The notes beneath the pieces are model-generated. The model saw nothing but the letters and a program-made list of their open reading frames with translations, did no database searches and was not told the origin of the DNA. A program made the position numbers and the translations under genes. This document shows, piece after piece, positions 56,975 to 62,378 of a stretch of 62,378 nucleotides of DNA (its first letter is position 1; every line of letters begins with the position of its first letter). Source of the stretch: a virus (taxonomy: Duplodnaviria > Caudoviricetes); IMG/VR virus record IMGVR_UViG_3300033148_010415, positions 1-62,378 of that record; one strand, written 5' to 3'.

Positions 56975-57895
56975 ATGGATATAAGATTAGCGGTATCGTT
57001 CCAAAATCATCCTAAAAGAAAAAAACTTAAAAAGAAATTAGGCGCCGAAGGCGTGCTCGGATTCATAGACTTGATGCTTTCAGTAAGGGAAAACAAGCCT
57101 GATGGCATATTGACGGGTTGGGATGAGGATGATATCGCGCTGGCCGCGCAATGGGAAGGAGATGTTAACATTTTCGTCAATACCTTACTCGAATTGAAAC
57201 TCATTGAAAGAAACGGTTCGGGAGAGTATCTGATTCACGATTGGGAGGAACACAATCCCTGGGCAGCACATGCAAAAAAGAGATCGGAGCAGGCGAGGGA
57301 GGCTGCAAAGATAGGTTGGGAAAAACGTAAACAGAATAAACCTGATATGCGAAATGCATGCGAAACGCATACGAATAGCATACGAAACGCATGCGAAACG
57401 CATGCTGATCGCAATGCCCCATCTCCATCTCCATCTCCATCTCCTTCTCCTTCTCCAAAAGATACAGGGGTTGTCACCCCTGTTATCCCCGAAAACGGGG
57501 ACGATGCAAAAATCCCATCATGTCCTCACGGGAAAATCATCGACCTTTATCATGAAATCCTGCCAGAACACCCTAGAGTCGACAAGGACGATTGGAGAGA
57601 AGATCGGGCTCAATTTCTACGTACCAGGTGGAGGGAAAAACCTGAACGTCAATCCCTCGATTGGTGGCGCGGTTATTTTATGAGTGTGAGGACTTATCCT
57701 TGGCTTATGGGAAACAATGACAGCGGTTGGATGCCCGACCTGGAGTGGCTTGTAAGACCAAAAAATTTCAGAAAGGTTAACGAGGGGTTTTACCAGTCCA
57801 GGGCTTCACCGTTGAAGGGGAAATACGGCGAAAAGGCTCTCAAGTCGGTACAGAATATCAAGAATTGGGTGAATAAACCGGAGGAGCCGCCATGA
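56975..57895 (+). CDS. Phage replication initiator
   Basis: F.NHPKRKKL N-terminus, IHDWEEHN, internal iterons, PDLEWLVRPKNF.KV.EG.Y. Confidence 0.85.
   Translation: MDIRLAVSFQNHPKRKKLKKKLGAEGVLGFIDLMLSVRENKPDGILTGWDEDDIALAAQWEGDVNIFVNTLLELKLIERNGSGEYLIHDWEEHNPWAAHAKKRSEQAREAAKIGWEKRKQNKPDMRNACETHTNSIRNACETHADRNAPSPSPSPSPSPSPKDTGVVTPVIPENGDDAKIPSCPHGKIIDLYHEILPEHPRVDKDDWREDRAQFLRTRWREKPERQSLDWWRGYFMSVRTYPWLMGNNDSGWMPDLEWLVRPKNFRKVNEGFYQSRASPLKGKYGEKALKSVQNIKNWVNKPEEPP
57347..57405 (+). repeat. Replication-origin iterons (about five 11-bp GCAT[A/G]CGAAAC-type repeats)
   Basis: ATGCGAAATGCATGCGAAACGCATACGAATAGCATACGAAACGCATGCGAAACGCATGC inside the initiator gene. Confidence 0.7.
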
Positions 57896-58542
57896 GAAAT
57901 CGAAAAGAATTCGCTGAAACGATGATTGCCATAGCGGCTATGTTCGAGAAGGTATTATCCGAAGCTGTAATCGATATCTATTGGCAATCGTTCAGAGAAT
58001 ACGATGATTCCGTTGTAAAGGAAGCTCTCATGAGAGGTGTCAAGACCGTATGGAAATTTTTCCCCAAGCCGGCGGAGGTGGTGGAGCTTATTGAAGGCTC
58101 TCCTCAAGCAAAACAAACAATGGCTTGGATGCTTCTCGTTGAAGGGATCAAGAAAGCAGGCGCCAAGGAGTCGGTAAGATTTCAAGACCCGATAATTCAT
58201 ACCATTGTGGAACTGTGGGGCGGATGGACGCAAGTTTGCTATGAGTATGATTTAGACGCCCGGGATTTTAAATTCAAAGAGAAGGATTTCAAGACTCTGT
58301 ATCAATACTTCTTATCCAGATGCGAAAAACATCCAGAATATTTACCCGGTGGTGCGGAAAAGCATAACAAGAAATACAGCTTTCTGGATGCGATCAAGCC
58401 GCCATTGGAGATAGGGTTTTCGGATGGCACTATTATGATAACAAGAAAGCCTGAAATAACCGATGGAAGAGGGGGAGATAATCAACAAAATGTCATAGAT
58501 CAAGCTTCCCGTGAGGAAAGCATAGAACTTGCAGGGGGATGA
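57892..58542 (+). CDS. Helicase loader/replication P-like protein
   Basis: FFPKPAEV, SVRFQDPIIH..V..WGGW; coupled to the initiator. Confidence 0.7.
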   Translation: MRNRKEFAETMIAIAAMFEKVLSEAVIDIYWQSFREYDDSVVKEALMRGVKTVWKFFPKPAEVVELIEGSPQAKQTMAWMLLVEGIKKAGAKESVRFQDPIIHTIVELWGGWTQVCYEYDLDARDFKFKEKDFKTLYQYFLSRCEKHPEYLPGGAEKHNKKYSFLDAIKPPLEIGFSDGTIMITRKPEITDGRGGDNQQNVIDQASREESIELAGG

Positions 58543-58543
58543 A

Positions 58544-58672
58544 ATGATTGAGTCTTGGCAATCCTTCATATTCGGTTTTCTGAGCGCCATAGTTTTAATC
58601 ATCGTCATGATTTGCTGGTTCATGGTGAGATTGAACCGAATCGATGATGATTATGATAACCCCTGGAAATGA
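58544..58672 (+). CDS. Small single-TM protein (42 aa)
   Basis: MIESWQSFIFGFLSAIVLIIVMICWF; fills the gap between genes. Confidence 0.45.
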   Translation: MIESWQSFIFGFLSAIVLIIVMICWFMVRLNRIDDDYDNPWK

Positions 58673-58673
58673 G

Positions 58674-59291
58674 ATGAAAATCCTTGGTATTGATCCAGGC
58701 CAAACAACCGGATGGGCAGTAATTGAAATCGGAAAAGACAGGATCATCAAACCTATAGACTTCGGCACTATTCCGGTTTTAAGCAACCATCCTCACGCTC
58801 CGCTTGAGTGCGTCTATGATTGGCTCAGAGATGAGTATCACGTCAACGAGAGATTTCAGGTTTTGGTTTATGAAGAGGCTCCAACCAAGGGACGGTTCGT
58901 CAGCTATTGGCAGCACCAGCTCCTGGGAGTAGTTAAGCTTTTCATCTACCAGGAGCCTGAATTGAAATCATACCGTTATCACGCTGTGACGGTCAAAGCA
59001 ACTCTAGGGTGCGGGCGTATGACAAAGGCCCAGATGCAGACGAGGATATCAGCTTTCCTGGGGATACAGAGGATCAAATCTCCGGACGCGGCTGATGCGA
59101 TGGCTCTGGCCTGTACGTGTGCGTTGAGGATATACGGCGCTCAGTGGCCGCAAGGGATAGGACAGATCGAGGCACCCAGGGCAAGGGGCGGCAGGAAGAA
59201 AGCGGACAGCCTCACGCCGGAGCAGATGGCGGAAGCGATCCGCACCGGGCGGGCGGTGTGGCAGGGCAAGAGGATCGTGGGGATCAAGTAA
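58674..59291 (+). CDS. ruvC: RuvC-like Holliday junction resolvase
   Basis: ILGIDPG..TGWAV, YEE, VKA..G.GR.TK, DAADAMALA. Confidence 0.85.
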   Translation: MKILGIDPGQTTGWAVIEIGKDRIIKPIDFGTIPVLSNHPHAPLECVYDWLRDEYHVNERFQVLVYEEAPTKGRFVSYWQHQLLGVVKLFIYQEPELKSYRYHAVTVKATLGCGRMTKAQMQTRISAFLGIQRIKSPDAADAMALACTCALRIYGAQWPQGIGQIEAPRARGGRKKADSLTPEQMAEAIRTGRAVWQGKRIVGIK

Positions 59292-59334
59292 ACAGGCAAA
59301 GTCAGAGAAATCATTTGTTTAATATAGTGAATCA

Positions 59335-59610
59335 ATGAGTATCAACATAAATCCAACCGAATGGCTCAACCGGAACGCCTTTTATTGCGAAAAACATAAA
59401 GCTCGTATTAGCCTAAAAGCATGTAAAAAAATTAGAAAAGAAGCGAAAAAGCGAGGTTCAGCATGGAGCTGGGGAAACGGCTATCTTATTCCAGGGGAAT
59501 ATCATCCGTGCAAAAGCTGTCCAGGCCCTAAACCGAAATGGACAAAAGAAGAAGTAGAAAAAATAGCGGATAGAATTGTCAGGCAGTCGATGAGAGATTT
59601 AAGGTTATGA
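59335..59610 (+). CDS. Cys-containing hypothetical protein
   Basis: FYCEKHKARISLKAC..CKSC. Confidence 0.6.
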   Translation: MSININPTEWLNRNAFYCEKHKARISLKACKKIRKEAKKRGSAWSWGNGYLIPGEYHPCKSCPGPKPKWTKEEVEKIADRIVRQSMRDLRL

Positions 59611-59927
59611 CCATCCTTACCCCTCAAGAAGTAGCAAGCATGTTGAACAAATCCACCCGATGGGTTTATATTCATGCCGGTGATCTGGGAGCGGCCCGGA
59701 TTGGAGGCTCATGGATTTTCACACAGGAGGGGTTAAAAAATGCCATACAGAGAGGGCAAGAGATGGCGCGGATGCGTGATGCACGCCGGACGGCGGTATC
59801 AAAAGCTGTTTCAGTCAAAGAAAGAAGCCCTGGCTTGGGAGTACGAGAAACGGAAAGAGATGATGTCAGGGACAGAAAAAAAAGAGACCGTCATAACATT
59901 GTTCGAGTTGTGCGACCGGTACCTTGA
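59607..59927 (+). CDS. xis: Excisionase-like HTH protein
   Basis: LTPQEVASMLNKSTRWVY...RIGGSWIF; directly upstream of and overlapping int. Confidence 0.75.
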   Translation: MTILTPQEVASMLNKSTRWVYIHAGDLGAARIGGSWIFTQEGLKNAIQRGQEMARMRDARRTAVSKAVSVKERSPGLGVRETERDDVRDRKKRDRHNIVRVVRPVP

Positions 59928-60807
59928 TTATGCTGAAAGGTTTCATAAGAGGACATATAGTCAGAAGCGTCTGGTATGTAGAAAAATTATAGCAGAATGG
60001 GAGCCGGATCGCGAGGCTGACAGTATAACACCGGCGATGGTCTTGGAATATTTGGATAGACAAGCCAGGGAGAGGACGATCTGTGCATCGAACATGGACC
60101 GAAAAGAACTGATGGCCTTGTGGCGCTGGGGAGCTGAGTTCTGTGGACTAAAACATAATCCCATAGCCATGGTAAAGCCGAGAGCTTATGAAAGGATACC
60201 TCAATATACGCCGCCGCAAGAGGATGTTCTGAAAGTCCTTGCCGTGGCCACCAGGGAGGAAGGGGTTTTTCTCGATGCGTATTTGCAGACGGGCGCGAGG
60301 AAATCGGAGATATTCAGGTGGACTTGGATTGAGGATGTCAATTTCGAGAGACGAGAGGTTCGACTGGGCACGAGGAAAACTAAGGATGGTTCGATGGAAT
60401 ACGAATGGATACCGATGAGCGATAGTTTGTTCAAATCCCTGATGTGGTGGTGGCAAAACCGGCCTGTCAAGGATTCACCTTATGTATTTTGCAGGATTGG
60501 AGCAACCGACAGGGGAGAGCCTTTTACTGTGAGAAGGAATTTCCTGAAAAGATTGTGCTTGAGGGCGGGAGTTAAGGCATTTGGGTATCATGCCCTCAGG
60601 CGTTACGTGGCCTCTGTTCTGGCGGATACCCATAAGGTGAGCGCTAAGACGATTCAACGTATTCTCAGGCATAAGAACGTGAGCACGACTGAGAGATATA
60701 TCCAAAACATCAACAAGGATTTGCAGGCCATTATCAATTTGCTTTCAAGGGAAAATAAAACTGATTTACCCCTGGATTTACCCCAGAGCAAAAGGGATGA
60801 TGTTTAA
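59740..60807 (+). CDS. int: Tyrosine integrase
   Basis: TGARKSE (R), HALRR (HxxR), LRHKNVSTTERY (H, Y); 40 bp from the att core. Confidence 0.95.
   Translation: MPYREGKRWRGCVMHAGRRYQKLFQSKKEALAWEYEKRKEMMSGTEKKETVITLFELCDRYLDYAERFHKRTYSQKRLVCRKIIAEWEPDREADSITPAMVLEYLDRQARERTICASNMDRKELMALWRWGAEFCGLKHNPIAMVKPRAYERIPQYTPPQEDVLKVLAVATREEGVFLDAYLQTGARKSEIFRWTWIEDVNFERREVRLGTRKTKDGSMEYEWIPMSDSLFKSLMWWWQNRPVKDSPYVFCRIGATDRGEPFTVRRNFLKRLCLRAGVKAFGYHALRRYVASVLADTHKVSAKTIQRILRHKNVSTTERYIQNINKDLQAIINLLSRENKTDLPLDLPQSKRDDV
60765..60784 (+). promoter_or_regulatory. Putative integrase arm-type site pair TTTACCCC x2
   Basis: 12-bp spacing, same as the left-arm pairs. Confidence 0.7.
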
Positions 60808-60820
60808 CTATTTGAAAACA

Positions 60821-61816
60821 TTAACATATTTTTTTGATGTCATGCTCCACCACAGAGCTGTATCCAAGGGCGGAGGATTGCCTGGCGGACGGGTCGATCA
60901 CGGTATAGACGTAGCGTTCGGCTCCGGACATTTCAGAGACGGCACGGGCGTTTTCGCTGACAATTCGTCCGGCCCGGTAATATTCCCGGTACACGAATAC
61001 GTTCCCGTCGGTATCCAGCGCAAACCAGAGACAGCATGTAGGGTTGGTCCGGCCGGGATCGATGGATCGATATCGCGGCCATCCCTCAGGGATGCGGAAC
61101 GGCTGGATCACATGGACCCCGGGGTCGAACCCGCCGTAAATCTGTCCCTCGAACACATCCCAGGAGCCATACACATAGCGCCGGACCCAGACCTCCGGGT
61201 AACTGCGCATAAGCATGGGCACATAGTCCGGGGGCAGATGGGGATTCTCAAGGCTGGCGGCCTGCACCATATGATACTCCGGGTTGCCTTCTTTTATGAA
61301 GCGCCGCCAGATCCAGTTGTGGCCCTCGGGATTGCCCGTCAAAAAGCCCTGACGCACAGGTACGCCCTCCAGACGCAAACGGCTCTGAAGGATCAAAAAC
61401 ATATTCTCTGAGATCTCCTCCGCCTGATCCACATAAAACCACCCTAAGTTCAGGCTGAGCAGGTCCGAGGGCGTGTCCAGATGGCGGAAGAGAATCTCGG
61501 ATCCATTGGAAAAGCGCAGCAGGTTCTCAACTTTATTGAACTTGCTCACGAGGGGGTGTGCGGCGACGATGTCCTCATTGCACCCGAGCAGTTCGAAGAA
61601 TGTTTTCCGGGTTGTCGCCCTCAACTGCGGCTGGGATAGGCGACCCATGACCCCCACGTTGCCCGGATGCTCCATGCTTAACCGCAACGCCTTGATGCAC
61701 CCCGCCAGGGTCTTGCCGTTTCCGAAGCCCCCGAAAAAAGCGCAAAACCGGGCATTGCTGAAGACGAACTCATCCTGTTGCGGAAGCAGTCGAATTTCCA
61801 TGACCTCGTATTGCAT
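60821..61816 (-). pseudogene. terL: 5' fragment of the interrupted terminase large subunit (ATPase domain and start of nuclease domain)
   Basis: GGFGNGKT Walker A, YVDQAEE Walker B, TGNP, SIDPG, VIDPSA; last 8 aa come from prophage sequence. Confidence 0.92.
60847..60855 (+). repeat. Right att core CCACCACAG
   Basis: Identical to 2867-2875; GC content rises abruptly beyond it. Confidence 0.88.
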
Positions 61817-61919
61817 TTCGTAATTGAAGTTTGAAATCTTGATAAGATGACAGGAGTGAGAAAATCAAGTTGACCCTGTTATCCCTTCGAAACTCTCTCT
61901 GTTTTTAAGGAACGTAACA

Positions 61920-62378
61920 TTACGTCTCCATGCGACCGGGTCGTATTATTACCACCGGGCTGCCCGGGCCTTCGGGCTCATCACCCCGGGGCCGGATATC
62001 CCCGGCCAGCTCAAGATACAGCTTGATGTGCTGGAAGCTTCCCTTTAGGGCCTCCCGGATCAGGGCGCGCCAGACCGCGGCGCGTGCCTCTCCCCGCCGC
62101 TTCACAAGCTCGGCATCGACTTCCGTCTGGAAGTCGGGCTCATCCATCCAGGCCCGAACATCCTCCTCAGAGACCCCCAGACCCCTGATCAGGTCGGCAT
62201 CCAGTCGAACCTCCAGCGGGTTGGCCAGCGCCCGGATCAGTCGTTCCCGCGCTTTCATCCACCGATCAGGCGGGTCAGCTTTCTGCGGGGATACATCCTG
62301 AATAGACAGGGAGGTCTGTTTCGCGCTGCCGGCCTCACTTGCATCGCCATGTCGATTTTGTGTCTGTTTCGGCTTCAT
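61920..62378 (-). CDS. terS: Probable terminase small subunit of the outer element
   Basis: HTH-like LGVSEEDVRAWMDEPDF, AVWRALIREALKGSFQHIKLYLELAG; upstream of terL. Confidence 0.7.
   Translation of the reverse strand: MKPKQTQNRHGDASEAGSAKQTSLSIQDVSPQKADPPDRWMKARERLIRALANPLEVRLDADLIRGLGVSEEDVRAWMDEPDFQTEVDAELVKRRGEARAAVWRALIREALKGSFQHIKLYLELAGDIRPRGDEPEGPGSPVVIIRPGRMET

Larger units (their letters stand above)
2867..60855. mobile_element. Apparently complete temperate siphovirus-type prophage integrated in the outer terL
   Basis: Flanking direct repeat CCACCACAG, tyrosine integrase next to the right end, full head/tail/lysis/immunity/replication modules, GC drop at both borders. Confidence 0.93.

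Noticed and set aside
57347-57456. Short repeats as a CRISPR array
   Set aside because: No spacers; they are iterons and a Pro-Ser linker inside the replication initiator. The Cas4-like gene is a stand-alone phage exonuclease.
59730-59745. Xis-Int fusion by -1 frameshift at TTAAAAAAT
   Set aside because: int is in the +1 frame relative to xis and has its own SD and ATG.
60797-61411. 204-aa plus-strand ORF after int
   Set aside because: Antisense shadow of the terL 5' fragment that crosses the att core.

Overview
The window holds a nested phage arrangement. A GC-rich, minus-strand packaging operon (terS 61920-62378, terL, a small membrane protein, a P22-type portal 89-2080, and a further gene starting at 48) has its terL split by an apparently complete, lower-GC siphovirus-type prophage of 57,980 bp. 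The prophage is bounded by a direct core repeat CCACCACAG (2867-2875 and 60847-60855) and paired TTTACCCC arm-type sites, with a tyrosine integrase at the right end. Precise excision would restore an in-frame TerL of about 464 aa (...IDPSARQSSALGYSSVV|AEYLDHG...). The inner prophage carries: a methyltransferase/PAPS-reductase-fold/ParB cluster; terminase and portal; a MuF head protein extended by kinase-like and ADP-ribosyltransferase-like domains plus a candidate immunity gene; capsid genes; a 7-gene glycosylation/methylation/sulfation cassette (Maf-like transferase, two GT-A enzymes, two sulfotransferases, APS kinase) between the capsid and neck genes; a non-contractile tail; an unusual lysis cassette; an AT-rich defence/moron island; a cI/cro switch; replication genes; RuvC; xis and int. 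An S-S-Q-S motif recurs in several virion proteins with different codons each time and may be the acceptor site for the glyco-sulfation cassette. All calls come from motifs and gene order read by eye; no database searches were run and the host taxon cannot be determined from this window.
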